The notes under the pieces: model-generated
What the model saw: only the letters and a program-made list of their open reading frames with translations
Database searches by the model: none
Told to the model about the DNA's origin: nothing
IMG/VR virus record: IMGVR_UViG_3300021400_001239
Span: 3,188-67,187 of that record
Reading direction: 5' to 3' (one strand)
DNA from: a virus
Lineage: Duplodnaviria; Caudoviricetes
Length of the DNA: 64,000 nucleotides
Program-made: the position numbers and the translations under genes
Part shown: positions 48,692 through 58,529 of the stretch, in pieces
Numbering within the stretch: position 1 is the first letter of the stretch
Layout: each line of letters opens with the position of its first letter

Positions 48692-51664
48692 TTAAGTCTT
48701 TATAATTCTACTAATTGTAGATGAAGAAACACCAAATTGTTCTGCTATTTGTGCAGTAGTCATTGTACCTATAGATGCTAGAGCTTTGATCTGTCTCTTC
48801 TTTGCGTCGCTAAGACCACGTTGATCATGAGGTGTAGCTAATTCTCTAACTCTATCTGCATCGGCGTATTTAAGTATCTTAGTTAACTTATCATCCGATA
48901 TAGCCCCGCTTTGTATTGCTTCCCACTCTCGTTCGCTAATACTTATAGGGTGACGCTTAGCGCCTACCTGAAGCCTGGCATCTTTAAGATACTGATCCGA
49001 TTTCTTCTTTATTTCTTTTGGCTCGAGGTCCGGGTACTGGGCTTTAAGCACTCGCATCCGGCATCCTGCAATATACTGCGCTTGTTTTTCAAGAGGTCTG
49101 TTATGCTCTGCTATACTGAGCTGATCCTCAAGACTCTTGACTTCTTTAGCATAAGTCTTAGCAGCACTGGGGCTCCGTTTAAGTGTTCCTGTATAGACTT
49201 GCTCTTTTCGCGCTTCGTTTGCCATAGCTTTAAGCGTGTTCGCGTAGTTCGCGTAGATTCTCTCTTTTTCAGAGTTAAGTGGAGATATAAGTTCTCGAGC
49301 ATCGTCCACCTCTCTCATCTGGCGGCTCTTCTCAGTTCTGACTTTGGTCTTCCCCGTCTTCTCCCAAACTGGCTTACCCGTTTCAGGATCGATAAGAGTT
49401 TTCTTTGTTTCAGGATCTTTAACTTTACGGATCTCTTCGTACTCTAACTTATCAGCTGTCTTATAGATAAGCGCTCCTTCAGGTCTGTTAGGATCGTACC
49501 ACTGTTTGCCTTTCTGATTGATTCGAGGTGAACCCTGCCGCTTAAGAACAGTCTGCTTCGAGTTGGCCCTGGTAATAAGGGTTGCTGCTGCGGTAGACCA
49601 CTTCCCGTTATCCTTAACTCGACCCTGCCACTCATCTTTGAGCTGCTTGATACCCTGCTCCTTATAGCATCTCATATAGTCGAGGTTATGTTTATCAGCA
49701 TCGATAACCGTCATACTATATTTAACAGCGCGTGCGAGCTGATCTGGACCTGCACCACCGACAGTCATATCGGCAATCAAGTTACTGATCTGCCCCATCT
49801 CGTTTTGGGTACGACCCTTACTAAGATGTTTATATGCCTTGTCGGTTGACCCAGGCCCGTACTGAACTTTTGGATCAAACCCAACAAGATCTTTGAGCAT
49901 CGGGTCGTCTTTAATCTTAACCTTACCGTTATATGGAATACACAGAACGGTATCCCCGTCAAAGTCGGCCCCCGACATCTTCTCAGCAACGTTTGCACTT
50001 ATCCCGATAGCGTCCTTCGCATTTGCTGTAATAACCTTCTTACCCTCCGGTAAGTTGTTGTTAACAGTGAGCCTTGCTATCTGGAAGGTCCCCTCGTGTG
50101 GAAAGCGAACGGTCCATATGGTACTCCCGTTCTTAAAGTTCGGAGCGTAGACCTGGTCATCACTGATCGTACGAAGGGGGAGTATTACCTGATACCTCTG
50201 CCCCGGGAAAGGAGACGCCTTAAGCTTGGTGGCTGTGGTATCGCAGTCTGATGCAAATGACGCCAGCAGCTGCCTTCGTACTGTGGGGTTGGTGAGCTGT
50301 TTAATTTCATCAAACTCCGCCTGTTTATCAGCGATACTTACCGCTAACTGATCTTTGATAAGTTTAATGGGCTGCTTAGAAAGAAACTGTGCCGGGAGCT
50401 TCTTAGCCCATTCATCCCAGTCCCCCTCATCACTCTTCTTGTTGATAACCCGGAGATGCTTGTTACCATCAGCGTCAGTCCAATACGACTGTCCCCCGCG
50501 TTCGTGCTCTTTGATCAGTGTGCCGAACGGGTTCTCTGGATCATCTTTTTTGATGGGTTTAAGAACTGAGTTATCCTTGGTCCCCATCATAGGAGTCCCT
50601 GTTGGCTTGTTGGTGTTAAACACCATGTCGATACCATCGGGCCATCCTTTGGCGTCCGAGTATACTGCCATGCCTTTGATATAATGCGTACCATCGACCA
50701 GCACTCGGACCTGGGCGTAATTAGAATCGGTACCGGCATCATTTTTCAAAGAACAATCATCGACACCCCTCCGGATCTCGACAACACCATCCATTTCTTT
50801 ACCGCCCTGATCGCCATAACGGATCATCAAGCGTTTTGAATCAAAGCTGGCAGGATACTCGAATGCCTTCTTAAGCTTGCCATCGGCGCTAACCATGACG
50901 TTCTCGTTCTTAAAGAAATTAATTTCCTTATTATAAATATCTTTATAAGGCGTTCCAGGCGGACAAATAACTTTCGTGTTAGTTTGTTTCCCTGGGTTGG
51001 TGACCTGAGAGTAACCTCGTCCGTAGATCTCGTACCCCTGAATATAAAGTCTATATAATGCCTGGTCCAGCTTTGTTTTACTAACATTAAGAGACATGGC
51101 AGCATCTGCACCAACGTCATACATACCGTTCTTATCAACAAGCTCTTTGATCTGATCGGAGAGCATCTTTGACTGGGATTTACGATTATGAACAGCATCG
51201 TTAAGAAGTGCTCTAATCGAACTATCGTTATTGTACTCAAATCCGGCTTCACGCATCTTTTTAACGACCTGATCCAAGGACATTCTAACCCCTTCGCTGT
51301 CGTCTTTACCATTATTAAAACGGAATTCAAGAGCGGCATCTCTCGCAACGGCTCTCGTTTCCTCAGTAGCGATCTCTTTGGCCGTGCGGAACTCCGTGGT
51401 GTTCATACCCTGTCGCTTAGCAACAGCAGTAGCTCCGGTGTACCGTTTGCCGTTCTCGTCAACATAGTCAACGTTTTCTTGCAACTCTCTATTAACTCGT
51501 GTCAGCCAATCTTTGTAGTGCTGATAAGCTTTCTTACCAGTACCCCAGCCCCATCGTCCAGATCCACGTCCAGGTGGGTTCTCATCATGAGCCACTCCCG
51601 TGTGTTCAAGCTCATTCCAATATTCTTGAAACTCTTCGTAGTCGTCAAAATATTCAACGCTCAT
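48692..51664 (-). CDS. putative single-chain two-barrel (DPBB) RNA polymerase with C-terminal HTH
   Basis: Catalytic-type SGADFDGD, upstream VRFPH and GQRYQVILP, second-barrel candidates EMDG and YIKG; C-terminal TTAQIAEQFGVSSSTISRI HTH. Confidence 0.7.
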   Translation of the reverse strand: MSVEYFDDYEEFQEYWNELEHTGVAHDENPPGRGSGRWGWGTGKKAYQHYKDWLTRVNRELQENVDYVDENGKRYTGATAVAKRQGMNTTEFRTAKEIATEETRAVARDAALEFRFNNGKDDSEGVRMSLDQVVKKMREAGFEYNNDSSIRALLNDAVHNRKSQSKMLSDQIKELVDKNGMYDVGADAAMSLNVSKTKLDQALYRLYIQGYEIYGRGYSQVTNPGKQTNTKVICPPGTPYKDIYNKEINFFKNENVMVSADGKLKKAFEYPASFDSKRLMIRYGDQGGKEMDGVVEIRRGVDDCSLKNDAGTDSNYAQVRVLVDGTHYIKGMAVYSDAKGWPDGIDMVFNTNKPTGTPMMGTKDNSVLKPIKKDDPENPFGTLIKEHERGGQSYWTDADGNKHLRVINKKSDEGDWDEWAKKLPAQFLSKQPIKLIKDQLAVSIADKQAEFDEIKQLTNPTVRRQLLASFASDCDTTATKLKASPFPGQRYQVILPLRTISDDQVYAPNFKNGSTIWTVRFPHEGTFQIARLTVNNNLPEGKKVITANAKDAIGISANVAEKMSGADFDGDTVLCIPYNGKVKIKDDPMLKDLVGFDPKVQYGPGSTDKAYKHLSKGRTQNEMGQISNLIADMTVGGAGPDQLARAVKYSMTVIDADKHNLDYMRCYKEQGIKQLKDEWQGRVKDNGKWSTAAATLITRANSKQTVLKRQGSPRINQKGKQWYDPNRPEGALIYKTADKLEYEEIRKVKDPETKKTLIDPETGKPVWEKTGKTKVRTEKSRQMREVDDARELISPLNSEKERIYANYANTLKAMANEARKEQVYTGTLKRSPSAAKTYAKEVKSLEDQLSIAEHNRPLEKQAQYIAGCRMRVLKAQYPDLEPKEIKKKSDQYLKDARLQVGAKRHPISISEREWEAIQSGAISDDKLTKILKYADADRVRELATPHDQRGLSDAKKRQIKALASIGTMTTAQIAEQFGVSSSTISRIIKT

Positions 51665-52221
51665 GACTGTTCCTCTCTGCGAATGTTTTCAATAATCTTG
51701 TCGAAAGTAACAATTTTATCCATGATAGGAGCGATATCTTCTACAGTCGGATTAGACACGACTATCTCATTCGACTGATACAATCTAAGTTCGAATTCGA
51801 TCTCGCCAGGCTTCACACCGTATTCAAGACAAAATAAAGAGGCGTACACCATGAGCTGCTCAATGTGAGCTGGTGTAACGCCTGTCTTAAGATCGTGTAT
51901 TCGAAGTAATCCTTTGCTGAACGCGATGGCATCTGCGGTCCCGAAACAATTTTGCGAATAATACAAAATCTGCTCGGGTGTCATCCTCAGGCCAATAGCA
52001 TCGTTTACATATGTGTTCAGTGTCTTGTTAGACTTTGGAAGTCTCTGCCGAAGTTTAATGCACTGAGCCGCAAACTCATGAAGCTCTGTACCTCGCTGTG
52101 CTGCCAACGCTCTTGTATAAGCTTCAGCTACTTTGTCTTCATCATAATTAATCCAATGGTACTTACTCGCTCCCAAGAAAGCGTGTTGTCCCACCAGATT
52201 CGAATGCTTGTTGAAGATCAT
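51661..52221 (-). CDS. PD-(D/E)xK exonuclease (Cas4/DUF2800-like)
   Basis: RGTELHE, PEQ.L, FGTADAI, IHDLKTG, QL.VYA. Confidence 0.75.
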   Translation of the reverse strand: MIFNKHSNLVGQHAFLGASKYHWINYDEDKVAEAYTRALAAQRGTELHEFAAQCIKLRQRLPKSNKTLNTYVNDAIGLRMTPEQILYYSQNCFGTADAIAFSKGLLRIHDLKTGVTPAHIEQLMVYASLFCLEYGVKPGEIEFELRLYQSNEIVVSNPTVEDIAPIMDKIVTFDKIIENIRREEQS

Positions 52222-52492
52222 TCAGAACCTCCTCCTTGTTTTCTGGGTAAATGAATCTCGAAAAACTCATGTCGTCCATGGTCTTGACATAGTATTCTTG
52301 ATTCGGTCGTCGTGTTGCTTTGGAACTCTTTTTGCATTCCAATGTTGCCCATCGATCCCTATATAAAACTAAAAGATCGGGTATACCTTGAATGTGTGAT
52401 GAGTCAAGTTTAGTCACCATGCATCCAGGGAACCGATCTTTTAATTCTTTGATAAGGTTCGATTGGAAATCCCTTTCAAGTTTTCCGGACAT
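52163..52492 (-). CDS. VRR-NUC domain nuclease
   Basis: ERDFQ, GIPDLLVL, LECK, RPNQEYY. Confidence 0.85.
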   Translation of the reverse strand: MSGKLERDFQSNLIKELKDRFPGCMVTKLDSSHIQGIPDLLVLYRDRWATLECKKSSKATRRPNQEYYVKTMDDMSFSRFIYPENKEEVLNDLQQAFESGGTTRFLGSE

Positions 52493-52656
52493 AGTTTCTC
52501 CTTTCTAAACCAGAAAACACAAAAAGAGAGAACGTGCATAACGCGCGTATATCTCTCTCCTCTCATAAAAGGGCCTGTTTTTTGTGCGTGAAATAAAAAA
52601 GGCACCATCGCGCTAAACGACAGTACCCACCATGGACTTATTTAAAAACAAACATT

Positions 52657-52899
52657 TTACCAGTCATCCTCCTCAGCAAGTTCATCCATGAGCTCTGCCA
52701 TGATCGGATCGTACTTGCGTAAGTTCTCCATATTCTCTCGTTCGATATCGGCTTGCATGTCAGCGTACTCCTCTTCGGTGTATCCGTACATATCTACATC
52801 CATGCTGTATCCACATTTCGGACAGCACAAAGTATCCTCACCATAGCCCTCAAACTCCATGACAGCTCCACACTCAGGACAGATATACTCTTCGCTCAT
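52657..52899 (-). CDS. zinc-ribbon protein
   Basis: CPECG and CPKCG pairs. Confidence 0.6.
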   Translation of the reverse strand: MSEEYICPECGAVMEFEGYGEDTLCCPKCGYSMDVDMYGYTEEEYADMQADIERENMENLRKYDPIMAELMDELAEEDDW

Positions 52900-52986
52900 G
52901 TCTTGCCTCCTTCCGTTTTTGTAGTTAGTATACCATAAACAGGAGCTGAGACAAGACGTCAGCAGTATAACTTTGAACCAGGCCAT

Positions 52987-53367
52987 TTAATGTGTACCAA
53001 AAAATCGTGGCAAAATGGCAACTTTGAAAGGAAAAACTTTTATATTTTTTTTTAATTTTTTAAAAAGTTTTAAAAAAGTTTTTGCCATTTTGCCATAATT
53101 ATTGGTACACATTAATTCAAAGCCCAAAAATAGCCCAAAAATGCCCAAAAATGGCCTTTTTTACCCCAAAATCAGCCATTTTTGAGAATTAATGTGTACC
53201 AAAAAATCAAAAAAGTTGCTAATTTTATGGCAAAACTTGCAAAAAGTTTTTGCCATAAACTTGACAAATTGCCAAAAAATGCACAAATTACCGAATTTTT
53301 GGTACACATTAAATCGAAAACAGAATTTTTGTGTACCAAAAAATACCGAATTATTGGTACACATTAA
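52987..53367. repeat. AT-rich non-coding region with TTAATGTGTACCAA iterons in both orientations
   Basis: Direct copies at 52987 and 53189; inverted copies at 53102, 53299 and 53354; partial copy at 53330. Confidence 0.85.
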
Positions 53368-53377
53368 ATACCAAACG

Positions 53378-53578
53378 TTAATAAAATTTGTCAAGATTAT
53401 TCAAATATTCGTCCAAAAGCAAGTCTCGAAGAACCTGTGATGCTGACTTGTTTTTCCATTTGGCAAGAGCTTTCAAAGCCTTCTCTTCGGCTTCTGTTAC
53501 TCTTATGTGTAATTGTTTATCTTTTTTATTGTAATACGGGTTTGCCGGTCTTCCCTTCCCACGTTTCTTTTCTTCCAT
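53378..53578 (-). CDS. ribbon-helix-helix (CopG-like) DNA-binding protein
   Basis: GRP AT-hook-like start, QLHIRVTEAEEKAL..LA, SASQVLRDLL. Confidence 0.6.
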   Translation of the reverse strand: MEEKKRGKGRPANPYYNKKDKQLHIRVTEAEEKALKALAKWKNKSASQVLRDLLLDEYLNNLDKFY

Positions 53579-53971
53579 TTACACACCTCTCAAAGAATAA
53601 GCAAAAACAAAAGAACTACTACGAGTTGCGCTCAACCCGCAGTAGTTCCTTCATCATTAAAACACGTCCCAGGTAATCCTCAAAGCGGCATACCAGAGTA
53701 AATCAAGTTTTTCTTTCTCCTCATCGGTCAGCTTGCACCAGTCATTGGTCAGAAATCCATGCGAAGCCATCAAAGCCCACATTCCCAAACAAACCCAGAA
53801 TCTGTTCCATCTGGATGTAATGGGTTCGGCTCGATCAATCCATTTAAAATAGAATACTGCCTCCTTGGCTGTCAAACCTCCTAGAAACATCAGAATACTA
53901 TTGATTATTTCTCTCAACATAATAAACCTCCTTTTAACCAGGACACCATTGTCCATAAAGGAAGCTGTTTA

Positions 53972-55168
53972 TTATGCGAAACGAGACTTAAAGGAAAACT
54001 TCTTATTACTCTTGGACGTGCTCGCATTCCACTCACCATCGTAATAGGCAAAGGTCAGATCGCCATCTTCGAAGTTTCTCAGGATATGCTTAACGCCAGC
54101 CTTCTCAAGTTTCTTACGAGTGTTACCGCGACCACCGCGACTCTCTTTGTGATGGTAATTCCAGAACCACGCAATAGCACCGACAAACCTGGCCCAGTCG
54201 GTAGTCATAGCATTTCCGTCACCATGCCAACCGCACTTAGCGACATCTGCAGCTACAGCCTGCTTGTCCACACGCTTCATCAGAACCTTATTACCAGGGT
54301 TACTCAGATCGCCAGTCAGAAGAACACGTCCAACCCCATCCAGAACAAACAGAGTAGCAATAGACTGGTTGTTGACAAAGTGGTGAGCATCCTTCTCAGA
54401 GAGTTCATATGCAGGAACCTGATAACGGCAGTAGCAGTCAATATGGCCGACCTTGAACTTGCTGCCAGTGGTCAGATAAGTAACAGGAATACCGCGCTTC
54501 TTGGCCTTCTTCTCCTGATTCTGAATAGCCTTGGCATAGCTGGACTGGTATTTCTTAAGACCTTCGATCCCAGGCAGATACAGATGCAGAACCTTGAATT
54601 CCTTCAAGACATCACTCAAATATCCGTAATGATCACCGTGAGCATGAGAGATCACGACAGCATCCAGGACCTTTACACCAAGCTTCTTAAGTTTCTTAAT
54701 GGTGTCTGTATCACTCTGACCAGTATCGACCAGGATAGCGTGCTTAACAGTCTTACCATCAGATGCATACTCGACAAAACACTCGGCATCACCAAACTTA
54801 CTCTCACAGGACTCGGTAAACCAGATACCGATGAACTTGATCAGAGGATGAAACTTCGTATTACTATCAGTATCCTCGTCAGGGGCATTCTCAGAATCAG
54901 CAGGCTTCTGAATAGGCACAAACTTCTTACCATCATCCCACTCAAGGATCTTGGCTTTTTCATACGCCTTGTGCTCCTTCACCCTGGCCAGCAACTTTTC
55001 AGCCTTCTCGCGATCCTGGAATGAGCCAACACGGACCTTGTAAAGCAGTCCTTCCTTAGAAATCGAGGTCTTAAAACCCTTTTCGATCAGATCGGCAGAC
55101 ACTTTTTCAGCAGATTTCTTCAGAGCATAGGCTCCAATTTGTACTCTATACCACTTCATAAATATCAA
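53972..55168 (-). CDS. SPOR domain plus metallo-beta-lactamase (ComEC/Pce-like) hydrolase
   Basis: N-terminal YRVQIGAY..YKVRVGSF (SPOR); LVDTG, SHAHGDH, NNQS, LLTGD, GWHG (MBL fold). Confidence 0.8.
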   Translation of the reverse strand: MIFMKWYRVQIGAYALKKSAEKVSADLIEKGFKTSISKEGLLYKVRVGSFQDREKAEKLLARVKEHKAYEKAKILEWDDGKKFVPIQKPADSENAPDEDTDSNTKFHPLIKFIGIWFTESCESKFGDAECFVEYASDGKTVKHAILVDTGQSDTDTIKKLKKLGVKVLDAVVISHAHGDHYGYLSDVLKEFKVLHLYLPGIEGLKKYQSSYAKAIQNQEKKAKKRGIPVTYLTTGSKFKVGHIDCYCRYQVPAYELSEKDAHHFVNNQSIATLFVLDGVGRVLLTGDLSNPGNKVLMKRVDKQAVAADVAKCGWHGDGNAMTTDWARFVGAIAWFWNYHHKESRGGRGNTRKKLEKAGVKHILRNFEDGDLTFAYYDGEWNASTSKSNKKFSFKSRFA

Positions 55169-56514
55169 ACCTTCCTTTCCTTGATCAGAACGTTGAATCC
55201 AGCCCCCCTGGCCTTTGCAGCAACCATGTTTGCATCAGAAACACTGTCATAATATCCATCAAAGACCCTGTAATAGCCGTCAAATTTCTCGACCAAACTG
55301 TCAAGACCCTTACTCTGGACCTCGTACAGTCTCTTTTTGGCATTATTTTTGGTACGAAATGCCCCAAACTGCACAAAATATCCACGAGAAACCTTCTTAT
55401 GCTCATCGGAATCGGCAGAAAACTTGTTGTAGAAGCCCTTACCGAAGTCTGTACGCCTATTTTTGACGACATTTGACTGATCTGCGGGCTTCTCATACCC
55501 CGTAAGAACAGCATTTGACGCCTGTCTGACGCTCTGAGCGGTCTTCAGAACCTTCAAAACGTCCGGATAAGCCTGCAATTCCTCCCAAAGGAAGTCCAAC
55601 TGCATCTGCAGATCGTCGATATGACGCATTTTCTTCTCTGCAAAGTACAAAAGGGCCTGCTTCCGGGACCACCACGTCCACTGAGCAAGCCCATAACCAG
55701 CCTTATCGTGGATGAAATTCTTGTAAGATCCGTCATCAACGGCCTTTGTGTAGCCTTTATCGGTCATTCCCAGTTTCCTCTCAAAGGAATTCTGGAGATT
55801 ATTTGGTCTAAGAGCGCTTTCTGCCCACAAATTACCCATCACACCAGCCACAGCATAGTCATTCAGACCCTTAGACTTCAGGAAATTCCAGATATAAAGA
55901 GCTCTTGCTTCTTCATTCGGAATTGCAACGTTGGTATTAGGCTTCTCTTTGACCTTCTTCTCGATCGCATCAGATACAGAGCTGAGCATGGCGGTAACAT
56001 CATCAGCAAGCTTACCCAACCTGTTGTACAGCCAGTCGCCAGGACAAGCCTTAGCCGCATACCATCTGTGAACTGTGATCAGCATCTCATCATCCTTGGG
56101 CTTGTAGTTCAGAGTGGTATTTTTGTCGTTAAGCCAGAGCAGCTTCTTTTTGCCGTACCTCTGACAAATATCAAAGCAGAGATCCACCAGAGAGTTCCAT
56201 ACCTTCTGATTCATGGCGTAGGGGTGTCTGGTATCTGATGCACACTCAATGGTGATAGCCCTGTTGTCGTTCCAGGCAGAGCTGCTACACCATGATCGGT
56301 CTTCCTCATCGACATATCCGCCGATATCCCCATCAGTGCCAATACCATAGTTGGAGCTTGCCTGATATGAGGACTTCTCGAAGAGTTCACCGCATCTCTT
56401 AGCAGTCATCTGACCCACCATGCAGTGAGGGGTGATGAAGTATACGAGATTAGTTCTGTTTTTGTGTCTGTTGGGTGACGGTACAAATACTGTTGCAAGT
56501 TTACTGAAGCTCAT
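55165..56514 (-). CDS. endolysin: N-acetylmuramoyl-L-alanine amidase, tail-lysozyme-like domain and SPOR domain
   Basis: ITPHCMVG, SSNYGIG, AITIECAS, HRWYAAKACPG; AGVMGNLWAES, GYGLAQWT, YEKPA; YFVQFGAF. Confidence 0.85.
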   Translation of the reverse strand: MSFSKLATVFVPSPNRHKNRTNLVYFITPHCMVGQMTAKRCGELFEKSSYQASSNYGIGTDGDIGGYVDEEDRSWCSSSAWNDNRAITIECASDTRHPYAMNQKVWNSLVDLCFDICQRYGKKKLLWLNDKNTTLNYKPKDDEMLITVHRWYAAKACPGDWLYNRLGKLADDVTAMLSSVSDAIEKKVKEKPNTNVAIPNEEARALYIWNFLKSKGLNDYAVAGVMGNLWAESALRPNNLQNSFERKLGMTDKGYTKAVDDGSYKNFIHDKAGYGLAQWTWWSRKQALLYFAEKKMRHIDDLQMQLDFLWEELQAYPDVLKVLKTAQSVRQASNAVLTGYEKPADQSNVVKNRRTDFGKGFYNKFSADSDEHKKVSRGYFVQFGAFRTKNNAKKRLYEVQSKGLDSLVEKFDGYYRVFDGYYDSVSDANMVAAKARGAGFNVLIKERKV

Positions 56515-58529
56515 TTGATTCCTCCTGTGAAATATCCATACCAATAATACGTGATTCTTTAAAAGCGGCTATGTTCTCACGGATGCCATTAAGAGATATC
56601 GCAATACTCTTAAGAGCCACGTTCTGCTCTTTTAATACGAGTTCGATTCTTTTCAAATGGCCGTTAATTTCTTTAAGACGAGCCGATTCCTTACTTTCCA
56701 TAAAACCTCCAAAACAAAAAGAAAAAGGGCCTGTAAAAAGACCCTTTTAAGATTTGGCTGCTAGATACGTTTTTAGATATGCAACGGCGGGTCGCTACTC
56801 CGCCAGATATGTAATGCCGTTTATCCGGTCAACCTCCTTTCCATTATAGCGACTGTATAAATTGCGTACTATTTCAGGTCATCCTCGAACGGATCTGTTG
56901 TACTGCGCTTGCCGTATGTTAGACCCTTGATTGTCTTCAGTATTACATCGGCACACTCGGGACAAATATCCGCCCTGAGGTAATCCTCGAGATTGTCGTT
57001 AGCCGTATGATGCGATAGTGCAATATAATTAGGACGAGTGTTCTCGGTTATACTAATGAGATTAGGTATCGGTATAAAAAAGTTACCACAAATATCACAT
57101 TTACGAGCTTTCATGTATGTTGGTTGCCTCCTTCCGATCTTCCAGAGCCATAGATATCGCAGCCATACACGCGGGGCAAAGGTTTTTGTTTGCAAAATAG
57201 ACAACGCGTCCGTCCATGTTTTCGTGACTGTATGTAATCCTGTTTATATCGTCTTTATTGCCAAACCCAAAATATCTACCGCAGTTATCACATTTAAGCG
57301 CCAACATCAAACCACCCCCGTATCATTATCCGGTTTTATACCGCATTCCTTAGCCGTCACCTCTGAAATGAGGTTAATACCAGTCTCATCAAGACAAGTC
57401 CTCAGAATATCAAAGCCGTTAAGTCTGTCCTGCTGCCAGTATTTCTGGGTGTCAGACAAGACCGTCACGATCCGATCAAAGCCAAAACCGTACCTTCGAT
57501 GTAGACTCAGGGCAAACCCAGCATAGATCTTAGGAACCATCTCTCGAATATGAACGCCCCAACGCTTTTCCTGATGAATGAATGTCGTTCTATTGTCCTT
57601 TGCGAACTTTTGTGCTCTCCTTTCAGCTCTGTTCATAATTAGCTCCTTTATCGTATGTTACAGCATTTCAGTTTGTGATTATACTCGCTACAAATGTTGC
57701 AAGGCTTATCTACTTCGTTTTTCGGTTCTTTTTTCGCGTAGTAATCTAATATACGATCGTTCATGGACCGACACTTATCCTTATGTTTGCATCGAATTAC
57801 TGTATCAATGAGTGTCTTATCTGATGTATAGGTTCCAAGTTCCGTAACAATGCAATCTGGTTCGAAATCCGGGCAAGTATGACAGTAATCTTCTACGCTT
57901 AAGCTGATCATTTCTTCTTCCTCCAAAAAAGAGAAATATTTTTCTTCACAAATTGCAGAACCTCCCAAACATTGAAATCACCGTAATCAAGGTTTTTCTT
58001 TAACATTTCATTGATCATGGCGCAACTAGCAAGGATGAACAAATTCGCGAAAATAACAATAATCCACAGGATGATTCTAAGTATAGTTACAATCATATGT
58101 CATAATTACCTCTTTACAAATATACATAGCTGTTAAACAATTGCTCTGGTGTTTCTTCAACGACGTAGTATTTAGTCGAATCATCCGGATTAACCACAGT
58201 AACCACTGTTTTTCCACTAGATGACGGGTATATGATCTCAATAATATATCTAAGAGGAATATAAATGGTTTGCACAAGCCCGTCTTTAACAGTCATACGA
58301 ATCATACCGGAAATATTTTTGTTTGTTCGATCAATCATCCCATCCTTCTCCAAAATCTTCATCGTATCCAGTCTGAGTGTTGTAAAGCCTCATGAAATCG
58401 ATCATAAATTTTTTATGACAAGACCTGCAGAGATTTAATGTCGTCATACCATTTGTGTAATTTATATTCATACTGCAATAAGCCCCCTTGTTGCTTCTGC
58501 TGTCCGCATACATAAGTTTCTTACACCGG

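Noticed and set aside
51661-52221. Cas4 as an adaptation partner of the RAMP locus
   Set aside because: It lacks the four-cysteine Fe-S cluster pattern, lies 37 kb away beside VRR-NUC, and fits an ordinary phage recombination exonuclease
53161-53440. Several 60-80-aa ORFs across the iteron region
   Set aside because: Low-complexity products of AT-rich repeats on both strands with no RBS
54086-55024. 312-aa plus-strand ORF
   Set aside because: Antisense shadow of the MBL gene, no motifs
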